From positions 1 to 38,321 of the forward strand of contig JAJRDA010000001.1 of assembly GCA_028678665.1 (NCBI GenBank): a stretch of DNA of 38,321 nucleotides. The letters run 5' to 3'. Within the stretch, counting starts at the first letter, position 1. Each line of letters begins with the position of its first letter. The DNA comes from Methanomicrobiales archaeon. Lineage in GTDB: Archaea > Halobacteriota > Methanomicrobia > Methanomicrobiales > JACTUA01. The notes under the pieces are model-generated. The model was not told where the DNA came from and made no database searches. It saw only the letters and a program-made list of their open reading frames with translations. Made by a program: the position numbers and the translations under genes. Positions 25,200 through 32,818 of the stretch are shown here, piece by piece.

Positions 25200-25631
25200 A
25201 TGGAAGACGAGGAGCTCCGGAAGATCCGGGAGAAGAAGCTGGAGGAGATGCAGCACCGCATCGAGCAGGCCCACCAGCCCCCACCGCCCGTGCAGAAGCC
25301 GGCCGGGGTCATCGTACTGGACGAACGGTCCTTTGAGCGGGCGCTGCGGGAGAACCCCCGGCTCGTCATCGACCTCTGGGCCGAGTGGTGCGGCCCCTGC
25401 AAGATGCTCTCACCTACCGTGGAGTCCCTGGCAGGGGAGTTCACCGGGAAGATCACCTTCGCCAAGGTGAACACCGACCAGAACCCGGGGATCGCGATGC
25501 GCTTCGGCATCTCCGCCATCCCGACACTGCTCCTCTTCTCCGGAGGGAGACTCATCGATACCGTCGTGGGTGCCTACCCCCGGGACCCCCTCCGGGCACG
25601 GCTCATGAAGTCCTTCGGTATCGGGTCCTAG
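25200..25631 (+). CDS. Thioredoxin with about 35-aa charged/Pro-rich N-terminal extension
   Basis: The active site is WAEWCGPCKMLSP, followed by FAKVNTDQNPGIAMRFGISAIPTLLLF. Confidence 0.85.
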   Translation: MEDEELRKIREKKLEEMQHRIEQAHQPPPPVQKPAGVIVLDERSFERALRENPRLVIDLWAEWCGPCKMLSPTVESLAGEFTGKITFAKVNTDQNPGIAMRFGISAIPTLLLFSGGRLIDTVVGAYPRDPLRARLMKSFGIGS

Positions 25632-25972
25632 GCCTGGTGCCCCTTCTCCTTCGCCATTTTCGAGACCCTGGCGGCCATGATGAAGTCGTTCCCCGTGAGG
25701 CCGCCCGCGGGATGGGTGTACCAGGAGATGGTCACGTACCGGTGCTCGGTAATGGCGACGTCCGGGTAGTGGCCCTCGTCGGCGGCGACCATTGCCACCT
25801 GGGTGAGAAACTTCACCGCCTCAATGAAGGTGGGGAAGGTGTACTTCCGGACCAGCCGGCCCGACTCCATCACCCAGCCGGGCACGAGGGGCAGGAGCTC
25901 CCGGATCTCGGGCCGGGTCAGGGGCTGGGTCCCCTCCTCCCACGGCGTGCACTTCATGGCGATAAGGTCCAT
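25628..25972 (-). CDS. Pterin-4-alpha-carbinolamine dehydratase (PCD/DCoH family)
   Basis: GW...LVRKYTFPTFIEAVKFLTQVAMVAADEGHYPDVAI...VTISWYTHPAGGLTGNDFIMAARV matches the PCD core as I recall it. The gene is about 114 aa. Confidence 0.75.
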   Translation of the reverse strand: MDLIAMKCTPWEEGTQPLTRPEIRELLPLVPGWVMESGRLVRKYTFPTFIEAVKFLTQVAMVAADEGHYPDVAITEHRYVTISWYTHPAGGLTGNDFIMAARVSKMAKEKGHQA

Positions 25973-26024
25973 GCCTCAGGCTTCTCCCCGCGGGAAAAAA
26001 AGGGTTTCTTTCCAGAGCCGTCCT

Positions 26025-26363
26025 TCACCCGGTTTGCACCGATGGTGCCCGCTGCCGGAACCTCAGGACCACGAGCAGGGCGACGACGGACATCGGGAGC
26101 GCGATCACCAGCAGGTCGATGACGTTCCAGGGGTAGCCCAGGAGTGCAGGTGTCCCGAAGAGGAGCTGCGAGAGACCGATCACGGATGATTCCGCCCTGT
26201 GGACAAAGGCCGTCCAGAGGAACCAGACCACGGCCCCCGTGAGCAGGCTCACCGTCGCCGCCGTGAGCCCCGCCGCTTCGATGACCCGTGCGCACTCCTG
26301 GAGGACCTGCATCGTGTTGCCCTGGATCCGCGGGCTCCCCGAGAGGAGGAGGACCCGGTTCAT
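26025..26363 (-). CDS. Small hypothetical membrane protein; its N-terminal about 33 aa look like the start of a flavodoxin-like NAD(P)H-dependent FMN reductase (chimeric or remnant ORF)
   Basis: MNRVLLLSGSPRIQGNTMQVLQECARVIEAAG is the typical SGSPRxxGNT N-terminus. It is followed directly by hydrophobic segments (LLTGAVVWFLWTAF and VIDLLVIALPMSVVALLVVL). The start ATG overlaps the upstream stop (ATGA). Confidence 0.45.
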   Translation of the reverse strand: MNRVLLLSGSPRIQGNTMQVLQECARVIEAAGLTAATVSLLTGAVVWFLWTAFVHRAESSVIGLSQLLFGTPALLGYPWNVIDLLVIALPMSVVALLVVLRFRQRAPSVQTG

Positions 26364-27541
26364 CCTTTGCCCCCCTCCAGCCGGACCAGCCGGTAGGTGC
26401 GGGATCCCATGCCCAGGTGCTCGGCATAGCGGAGCTGCTGCTCCCCGTCGGTATGGGGCCAGATCCCCCGGAACTTGTCCCCGCCCCTGTCATGGCCATG
26501 GCGGAGGAGGGTCCGGGGGAGACCGATCCCGCTGTTCACGAGATCCAGGCTCGCGGCATCGATGGCCACCGGGTCGGTGGAGGCGAGGATGCCGATGTCG
26601 GGGACGATGGGGGCATCGCTCCAGGGAACGCAGTCGCAGTCCGGCGTGACGGAGAGGAGGAGGTTGTAGAACCCGATCCTCCCCTTCTTGCCCTGGAATG
26701 CCCCCAGGGCATACTCCATCATCCGCTCGATGAAGGGCGGCAGGTCCACCTCCCAGTCAAACTCGAGGGTTCCATCCGGGCAGACGGTCATGCATTCCCC
26801 GCACCCGATGCACCGGTCCCGGTCCACCGCCATCGTCCCAGCGGTGAGCGAGAGGGCTCCCGACGGGCAGACCGCGATACAGGTGCCGCACCCCTGGCAC
26901 TCCGCCTCCGCCGCCATGGCCTTTGCCGCGTGCATCTCCCGCTTCCCGGCGGCCGGTGCACACCCCATGGCCAGGTTCTTGAGGGCCCCGCCGAAGCCGG
27001 TGAGATTATGGCCCTTGTAGTGGGAGATGACGATCATGCTGTCGGCCGCGGCGATGTCACCGGCCACGAGGACCCGGGAGAAGTGCCTTCCCTGCACCGG
27101 CACCTCCACGACATGGGTGGAGCGCAGGCCGTCGGCGATGATCACCGGTGCCCCTGCCACCGAGTAGTCAAAGCCGTGGAGAACGGCAGTGGTGAGGTGG
27201 TCCACCGCGTTGCTCCGGCTCCCCGAGTACAGGGTGGCGGTATCGGTGAGGAAGGGACGGCCTCCTGCCTCACGGATCCGGTCCACGACAGCCCGCACCA
27301 GTACCGGGCTCACGAACGTGTCCATCCCCCGCTCCCCGAAATGCAGCTTCACCGCGGTCAGGTCCCGTTCCCGGATGAGCTGCGGGAACCCGGCCTCGGA
27401 GAAGAGCCGGCGCAACCGGGTCACCTTGTTCTCTGCCTCGCTCCGTGCCCTGAGATCCGAGAAGAATACCTCTGCCACCACGGGAACCCCACCTGTCTCT
27501 TCCGCAGCCGGAACACTCTCTCCGGTATGGGATATAATCAT
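26360..27541 (-). CDS. DUF362-domain protein with inserted 2x[4Fe-4S] ferredoxin-type domain
   Basis: VFFSDLRA...VKLHFGE...FLTDTATLYSGSRSNAVDHL...VIIADG is the DUF362 core. The two ferredoxin motifs are CQGCGTCIAVCP and CIGCGECMTVCP. The start is taken at ATG 27541, though GTG codons about 60 nt downstream are also possible. The upstream 117 codons of the listed ORF run through the ORB and AT-rich intergenic DNA. Confidence 0.8.
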   Translation of the reverse strand: MIISHTGESVPAAEETGGVPVVAEVFFSDLRARSEAENKVTRLRRLFSEAGFPQLIRERDLTAVKLHFGERGMDTFVSPVLVRAVVDRIREAGGRPFLTDTATLYSGSRSNAVDHLTTAVLHGFDYSVAGAPVIIADGLRSTHVVEVPVQGRHFSRVLVAGDIAAADSMIVISHYKGHNLTGFGGALKNLAMGCAPAAGKREMHAAKAMAAEAECQGCGTCIAVCPSGALSLTAGTMAVDRDRCIGCGECMTVCPDGTLEFDWEVDLPPFIERMMEYALGAFQGKKGRIGFYNLLLSVTPDCDCVPWSDAPIVPDIGILASTDPVAIDAASLDLVNSGIGLPRTLLRHGHDRGGDKFRGIWPHTDGEQQLRYAEHLGMGSRTYRLVRLEGGKG

Positions 27542-27567
27542 CTCTCCCGGAGAGTTTCTGCACGGTC

Positions 27568-27584
27568 TTCCAGAGGAACCAGGG
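27568..27584 (+). promoter_or_regulatory. Degenerate ORB-like box
   Basis: TTCCAGAGGAACCAGGG compares with the cdc6-proximal TTCCAGTGGAAGCCAGGGGGT. Confidence 0.35.
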
Positions 27585-27715
27585 CCGCCTGGGGCCCGGT
27601 GCCCTGGAATCTCTGACCGGAATGGAGGGATGGGAAGGATACGCCCGCCGATGTCACCGCTTCGTCCGGGGATTCCTGCGTGCCCCGTGCAGGGAACCGG
27701 GAGCATTGCATGCCC

Positions 27716-27736
27716 CTCCAGTGGAAACAAAGGGGT
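27716..27736 (+). promoter_or_regulatory. Origin recognition box (ORB), full length with G-string
   Basis: CTCCAGTGGAAACAAAGGGGT has the dyad TCCAGTGGA and a GGGGT string, matching the archaeal Orc1/Cdc6 ORB consensus. Confidence 0.8.
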
Positions 27737-27998
27737 GGAAGCGGCTTTTTCCCAGATCAGTATATAAATATATCGGTAATCCGATGCCGCCTGAACCGGG
27801 GAATTTTGCGTTTTTTCCAGGGAATCTCCCCGCTTATCAGTTCCTGCCCGCATCCTCCTGCGGAGCGGGCCGCCCCCGCCATCCTTCACCACCCGGGCCC
27901 GCAGGGAAATTGCCCCCCCCGCATCCCACCCCGGTCCCGAGGGCAGAGAAATATTGTACCTGCGTGCCCTGTACGCGAAACCCGCGAGCGTCCATGCC

Positions 27999-28019
27999 CT
28001 CCAGTGGAAATAAAGGGGT
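27999..28019 (+). promoter_or_regulatory. Origin recognition box (ORB), full length with G-string
   Basis: CTCCAGTGGAAATAAAGGGGT is 20/21 identical to 27716-27736 and in the same orientation. Confidence 0.8.
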
Positions 28020-28057
28020 TTTCGGGGTTTTTTCTCTGCCCGACATATAAACCTTCC

Positions 28058-28075
28058 GTTTAATAAAAAATGATG
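28058..28075 (-). terminator. Possible oligo-T terminator of the cdc6-lrp-aminotransferase operon
   Basis: The minus strand reads ATCATCATTTTTTATTAAACGG about 40 nt after the aminotransferase stop. Confidence 0.4.
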
Positions 28076-28108
28076 ATTATTGGTGGAAAAGTGGTTTTCT
28101 GCGCCAGT

Positions 28109-29275
28109 TCATGCCTGCTTCAGGCCGGAGAGGAATTCGCCGATCCGCTGCAGCGCCCGGCCCAGGTCCTCCCGGGAGACCGCGTAGGCGCACCGGAGGT
28201 GACCGGTGCCGGAGGCCCCGAAGACCGAGCCCGGGACCACCGCCACCCGCTGCTCCGTGAGGAGGCCCTCGGCAAACTCCTGGTCCGAGAGGCCGGTGGA
28301 GGCCACCGACGGGAATGCATAGAAGGCCCCCCGGGGCACGTGGCAGGTGAGGCCCAGCCGGTTCAGGCCTTCCACAAAGTAGTTCCGGCGGACGCGGTAC
28401 TCCCGCACCATCCGGTTCTTGTCCTCCTCCGCGTTCTTCAGGGCTTCCACTGCAGCCAGCTGGCCCATGGTGGGGGCACAGAGCATCACGTACTGGTGGA
28501 TCTTCAGGGCCAGGTCACAGAGGGGCTGTGGAGCGCAGAGATAGCCTACCCGCCAGCCGGTCATGGAGTAGGCCTTGGAGAACCCGTTCAGGGTGATGGT
28601 CCGCTCACGCAGGCCATCCACGGAGGCCACCGCCACGTGGCGGCTCTCATAGGTCAGCTCCGCGTAGACCTCGTCGCTGATCACCAGCAGGTCGTGGTCC
28701 TGCACCACGTCTGCCACCGCCCGCCACTCCTCCCGTTCCATCACGGCACCCGTGGGATTGTTGGGGAAGTTGGCGACCAGGACCCGGGTCCTGGGGGTCA
28801 CCCTCTCCATCATCACATCGGCCGTGAGCCGGAATTCCTCCTTCTCAGGGCACGGCACAGGCACCGGGACCCCGCCGGCCAGGGTGACGCAGGGGGCGTA
28901 GGAGACGTAGCAGGGTTCTGCCACCAGTACCTCGTCCCCCGGGTCCACGACGGCCCGGAGGGCGATATCCTGCGCTTCGGAGACGCCGGTAGTGATCAGG
29001 ATCTCCGTCTCCGGGTCATAGGGAGTGCCATAGCGCCGCTCCAGGTCCCGGCTCACCGCCTGGCAGAGCGCCGGGAGGCCCCGGTTGGAGGTGTAGGAGG
29101 TGTGACCCTGCTCGATGGCATAGATCCCGGCCATCGAGACATTCCAGGGCGTGTTGAAGTCGGGCTCCCCCACCCCCAGGGAGATCACGTCCTCCATCTC
29201 CTGGAGGAGGTCAAAGAATTTCCGGATCCCTGACGGCGGAATCTCCTGTGCACGCCGTGAGCCGAATTGCCGCAT
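28109..29275 (-). CDS. Class I/II PLP-dependent aminotransferase (aspartate/aromatic aminotransferase-like)
   Basis: PPSGIRKFFDL, ISLGVGEPDF, YTSNRG, VISDEVYAEL, and the PLP-lysine region LNGFSKAYSMTGWRVGY are present. ATG 29275 is preceded by the SD-like GGGTGGA. Confidence 0.85.
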   Translation of the reverse strand: MRQFGSRRAQEIPPSGIRKFFDLLQEMEDVISLGVGEPDFNTPWNVSMAGIYAIEQGHTSYTSNRGLPALCQAVSRDLERRYGTPYDPETEILITTGVSEAQDIALRAVVDPGDEVLVAEPCYVSYAPCVTLAGGVPVPVPCPEKEEFRLTADVMMERVTPRTRVLVANFPNNPTGAVMEREEWRAVADVVQDHDLLVISDEVYAELTYESRHVAVASVDGLRERTITLNGFSKAYSMTGWRVGYLCAPQPLCDLALKIHQYVMLCAPTMGQLAAVEALKNAEEDKNRMVREYRVRRNYFVEGLNRLGLTCHVPRGAFYAFPSVASTGLSDQEFAEGLLTEQRVAVVPGSVFGASGTGHLRCAYAVSREDLGRALQRIGEFLSGLKQA

Positions 29276-29288
29276 CGCGTTTCCACCC

Positions 29289-29780
29289 CTAGAAGGAGAA
29301 GGGCAGGCGCTCCGCACCCTCTCGCTCGACAAAGAGGGTGCCGTTCTCCTTGTAGATCTTCATGATCAGGTGGGTGGCCGTCTCCCGGATGTGGTCCATG
29401 GGAGCGATCTGCTCGGAGACGAACCGGGCCACCTCCTGCATGGTCCTCCCGGCCACCAGGAGCTGGAGATCGTACATGCCGGTGACGAGGCGGAGGGCCC
29501 TGACCTGGTGGAAACGGGCGATCCGCTCGGCGATCCGCTCGTAGCCGAAGTCCCGCTCCGGGGTCACCTTCAGGTCGATGATGGCGAGCACCTCCCCGTT
29601 CCCTGCCCGCTCCCAGTCCACCACCGTGGAGTAGCCCCGGATGATCCGCGCGTCCTCCATCCCCGCTATCCGTGCCCTCACATCGTCCTCGGAGAGCTCC
29701 GTCATCGTGGCCAGATCAGCGGTCGGGATCCTGCTGTTCTCCTCCAGGAGCTGCAGGATCTGGAGGTCCTTCTCGTCCAT
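29289..29780 (-). CDS. Lrp/AsnC-family transcriptional regulator
   Basis: MDEKDLQILQLLEENSRIPTADLATMTELSEDDVRARI is the HTH_AsnC region, followed by a RAM/ACT-like C-terminal domain. Confidence 0.85.
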   Translation of the reverse strand: MDEKDLQILQLLEENSRIPTADLATMTELSEDDVRARIAGMEDARIIRGYSTVVDWERAGNGEVLAIIDLKVTPERDFGYERIAERIARFHQVRALRLVTGMYDLQLLVAGRTMQEVARFVSEQIAPMDHIRETATHLIMKIYKENGTLFVEREGAERLPFSF

Positions 29781-29784
29781 GGGA

Positions 29785-31065
29785 TCACCGGAAGATTGTC
29801 TTCAACCGGTTGGCATCCATCCGCTTCAAGGTTTCCTGCTCCAGGCGCTGGTCCTTCGCGAGCGTCTCCCAGATCCGCTGGGTTGTCGTGTCGAACCACA
29901 TCTCCTTGGTCCTGCCGTACCGCCCCTTGGAGACGACGCGGGTGTTGATGACCCCCAGCATGTTCAGCTCGGAGACGAGGTCCGTGATCCGCCGGTTGGT
30001 GAGGATGTCCAGGGAGAGGTCCTTCGCCACCTCCCGGTACACGTTCAGCACCTCGCCGCTCGTGAAGAGCTTCTTGCCGTTCTGGTCCAGGACCAGCATG
30101 GAATAGAGTACCACCTTGGACTGGGTGGGCAGGGTGGAGACGCACTCGATCATGCTGTCCGTATCGATCTTCTCCTGTGCCTGCCGGACATGCTTCTCGG
30201 TTACCCGCTCGGTGTTCTCCCGCTCGGCCAGTTCGCCGGAGACCCGCAGGAGGTCCAGCGCCCGCCGTGCGTCCCCGTGCTCGGTGGCTGCGAGGGCAGC
30301 GCAGACGGGGATGACGTTCTCCTCCAGCACCCCTTCGTTGAAGGCTGCCTGGGCCCGCTGGGTCAGGATATCGGTCAGCTGGTGGGCGTTGTAGGGGGGA
30401 AAGACGATCTCCTCCTCCGAGAGGGACGAGAGGACGCGGGGGTCCAGGAAGTCGGTGAACCGGAGGTCATTGGAGATCCCGATGATGGCCACCTTGGCAA
30501 TTCGGAGGTCCGAGTTGATCCGGGTCAGGTTGTACAGGGTCTCGTCCCCGCTCTTCTTCACCAGCTTGTCGATCTCGTCCAGGACGATCACCATGACGCC
30601 GCCGATGGTGTCCAGATGGTTCTTCAGCTCCATGTACACCTGGTCCGTGGGCCAGCCGGTGAAGGGGATGTTGGTGCGCTGGCTGTCGCTGGGCCGCTCG
30701 TCATGCCCCTCCAGGGTCTTTGCGATCTGGGCGAGCACCCGGTACTGGGTGTCGATCACCTCGCAGTTCAGGTGGATGACGTGGCAGGGGATGGACGTCT
30801 CCCGGCTGGCATTCTCCAGCTCCGCCCCCACGTACCGGACGCAGGCGGTCTTCCCTGTACCGGTCTTCCCGTAGATCAGGATATTAGATGGGGTCTCGCC
30901 CTTCAGGGATGCGGCAAGGATGGAGGCTACCCCCTCTATCTCCGGCTCGCGGTGGGGGAGCACCTGGGGGCGGTAGGAGTGGCGGAGCACCTCGCGGTTC
31001 CTGAAGATATTTTTATTGCCCAGGTACTTCTTGAAGAGGCCCATGGACGTGGTGTCTTCTTCCAT
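29785..31065 (-). CDS. cdc6: Orc1/Cdc6 replication initiator
   Basis: Walker A is ILIYGKTGTGKTA and Walker B is VIVLDEID. Sensor regions and a C-terminal winged helix are present. YRPQVLPHREPEI is the typical N-terminal block. The start is taken at ATG 31065 (31044 is also possible). The listed ATG at 31137 sits inside the TATA box. Confidence 0.9.
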   Translation of the reverse strand: MEEDTTSMGLFKKYLGNKNIFRNREVLRHSYRPQVLPHREPEIEGVASILAASLKGETPSNILIYGKTGTGKTACVRYVGAELENASRETSIPCHVIHLNCEVIDTQYRVLAQIAKTLEGHDERPSDSQRTNIPFTGWPTDQVYMELKNHLDTIGGVMVIVLDEIDKLVKKSGDETLYNLTRINSDLRIAKVAIIGISNDLRFTDFLDPRVLSSLSEEEIVFPPYNAHQLTDILTQRAQAAFNEGVLEENVIPVCAALAATEHGDARRALDLLRVSGELAERENTERVTEKHVRQAQEKIDTDSMIECVSTLPTQSKVVLYSMLVLDQNGKKLFTSGEVLNVYREVAKDLSLDILTNRRITDLVSELNMLGVINTRVVSKGRYGRTKEMWFDTTTQRIWETLAKDQRLEQETLKRMDANRLKTIFR

Positions 31066-31136
31066 CGAGTGCACTCCGAAGGATTGGTGCCGGTCATATC
31101 GGACCGTCCGATGATAAACACATCGATCTGAGCCCA

Positions 31137-31144
31137 TTTATAAC
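31137..31144 (-). promoter_or_regulatory. Probable TATA box of cdc6, abutting an ORB
   Basis: The minus strand reads ...GCCAGGGGGTTATAAATGGG. TTATAAAT lies about 70 nt upstream of ATG 31065. Confidence 0.5.
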
Positions 31145-31164
31145 CCCCTGGCTTCCACTGGAAT
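31143..31164 (-). promoter_or_regulatory. Origin recognition box (ORB) with G-string, inverted relative to the 27.7/28.0 kb boxes
   Basis: The reverse complement reads ATTCCAGTGGAAGCCAGGGGGT. Confidence 0.75.
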
Positions 31165-31364
31165 CTCTGGGATATTGCGTTATTAATGCGAATATTCCAA
31201 TATATTTGCCCCTTTCCACGGTCGGTTTCCACCGGGTGTGTCCCTTCGGGAATGCACCCTGCAGGGGATTTATCCGGGATGCGGAATCTTCCCTCCGGAC
31301 CGAGGATAAGAATTTCAGCCCCGGAAGCCTGCGCAGGGATCCCAGACCCCACCCACCCCATGGT

Positions 31365-31376
31365 TTCCAGTGGAAC
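31365..31376 (+). promoter_or_regulatory. Mini-ORB
   Basis: TTCCAGTGGAAC has the same dyad as the full ORBs but no G-string. Confidence 0.55.
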
Positions 31377-31615
31377 CGGAAAACTATTTCCTTGGTGGAA
31401 ATTCCCTCAGTGAAAACAGCCGGTGGTATTTCTCCCTTTCAAACTATAAAAATGATATGAAACAATGCGGGAAGAAAATCCACATGCAGCAGGAATCGGA
31501 GGGACACCTCCCCGGAGACCTGCAATGGAAGCCATGGGGTCCCCCATGCCAGTCCCGATTACAGGCCGGGCACCACCTTTAAACAGTCATTGGGAGAACA
31601 TACTTCCTGATCTGC

Positions 31616-32113
31616 ATGCACCCCCCCCATATCCGGGACATGGTGGTCACCGCAGCGGTAATCACGGTCTCTACCACGAGGACCCCGGAGACCGATGAAA
31701 GCGGGAAGGCCATCCAGGACCTCCTGGCAGGGGCCGGGATCGAAGTCACCTATTATGCCCTGGTGCCGGACCGCATTCCCCTGATCCGCACCGCACTCCT
31801 CACCGCGCTGGAGCATGCCGGCTGTGTCATCCTCACGGGGGGGACCGGTCTCACCCCGGACGACTGCACCATCGAGGCGGTCCGACCACTCCTGGAGAAG
31901 ACCATGGACGGGTTCGGGGAGCTCTTCCGCTGGAAATCCTTCCAGGAGATCGGGACCTCGGCCTACCTCTCACGGGCTCTCGCCGGGATCATGGATGGCA
32001 AGGCGGTCTTCTGCCTGCCGGGATCGCTTCCCGCGGTGACCCTGGCCACCCGGGACCTGATCCTGCCTGAGATCCGGCATATCCTGAGCCATAGCTCCCT
32101 CTCCCATCCCTGA
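31616..32113 (+). CDS. moaB: Molybdenum cofactor biosynthesis protein B (MoaB/MogA family)
   Basis: AAVITVSTTRTPETDESGKAI, VILTGGTGLTPDD, and GKAVFCLPGS are the family blocks. An alternative start is ATG 31640. Confidence 0.85.
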   Translation: MHPPHIRDMVVTAAVITVSTTRTPETDESGKAIQDLLAGAGIEVTYYALVPDRIPLIRTALLTALEHAGCVILTGGTGLTPDDCTIEAVRPLLEKTMDGFGELFRWKSFQEIGTSAYLSRALAGIMDGKAVFCLPGSLPAVTLATRDLILPEIRHILSHSSLSHP

Positions 32114-32307
32114 GGGATCCGGCGAAGGTCAGTATCAGGTGCTCGGCCCCCCCGTTCCGCGGATGTACCTTTCTTCAAGTACTTTCGCCTTGATACCGTG
32201 CGCCGCGTGCCGGCCTTCAGCAGCCTTCGTGACACACCGGGCAGCAGCTTTCACCCGGCTCCGTTACACACCGGTGCCGGCATGTATCCGGCTCCGTGAT
32301 CCTCCGG

Positions 32308-32817
32308 TCACCGCGAGACGTCCAGGAGTGCCACCCGCTCCAGCACCAGGTCACGGAACCTCTCCCTGCCCACCGCGGCCAGCTCCTCCTCCGTGATGGC
32401 AAAGGCCTCCGCGAGCCCCCGCCGCTTCCCAGCGGTGAGCCGGTCCCAGTCCTGTTTCACGAACTCCATGCAGCCGGCGAGAGCGACCCAGGCCACCTCC
32501 ACCGGCGGTGCCAGGATGACATAGGACCGGTTGGGTCCGCCATGGATCCCGAACCGGGTGGCGAGACTGCACTGGCGGGAGCCGGCCGCGTACAGGAGGG
32601 CCTCCATCTCCAGGGTGTTCGCGATGGGGTTCCCGCCTGCCACCGACCGGAGGGCTCCCCGAATGGCCGCTTCGGCATGGGCCCGTCCTGCCAGCCGGTC
32701 CGCGTCCAGGCAGATGATCCGGGTCCGGTACCGCTCCCCCAGCCGGCGGATACGTTCCAGGAACCGGGCCGGATCCGCAACCGTGAACACCGCCTGCCGG
32801 ATCCCGAAGGCCTCCAT
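32308..32817 (-). CDS. cgi121: KEOPS complex subunit Cgi121-like
   Basis: IICLDADRLAG...NTLEMEALLYAAGSRQ resembles the Cgi121 core. The protein is about 169 aa. Its start lies 1 nt after the hel308 stop. Confidence 0.65.
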   Translation of the reverse strand: MEAFGIRQAVFTVADPARFLERIRRLGERYRTRIICLDADRLAGRAHAEAAIRGALRSVAGGNPIANTLEMEALLYAAGSRQCSLATRFGIHGGPNRSYVILAPPVEVAWVALAGCMEFVKQDWDRLTAGKRRGLAEAFAITEEELAAVGRERFRDLVLERVALLDVSR

Positions 32818-32818
32818 C

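Larger units (their letters stand above)
31138..31615. other. Predicted chromosomal replication origin (oriC) region
   Basis: This 478-bp non-coding gap next to cdc6 holds an inverted ORB at 31143-31164 and an AT-rich tract at 31166-31207. Degenerate GTGGAAA boxes lie on the minus strand at 31209-31236. Plus-strand boxes are at 31365-31376, 31389-31402 and 31406-31426. A second AT-rich tract lies at 31440-31467. Confidence 0.7.

Noticed and set aside
25628-25631. Convergent genes share a palindromic CTAG stop (thioredoxin/PCD). A similar 4-nt convergent overlap occurs at 10445-10448 (truA/transglutaminase-like).
   Set aside because: This is a trivial consequence of compact gene packing. No regulatory structure is visible.
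27622-28063. ORFs 27622..28050 and 27680..28063 (+) lie in the ORB-containing spacer.
   Set aside because: Their translations simply read through the two ORB repeats (CMPLQWKQRGGSGFF and CPPVEIKGFSGFF) and through AT-rich DNA. They have no start context and no coding-like composition.
32114-32307. The 194-bp convergent spacer between moaB and cgi121 has short direct repeats (CCGGCTCCGT twice, CACACCGG twice). I considered it as a possible small RNA or tRNA.
   Set aside because: No cloverleaf, promoter or terminator pattern could be folded by eye. The repeats are only 8-10 nt in GC-rich DNA.
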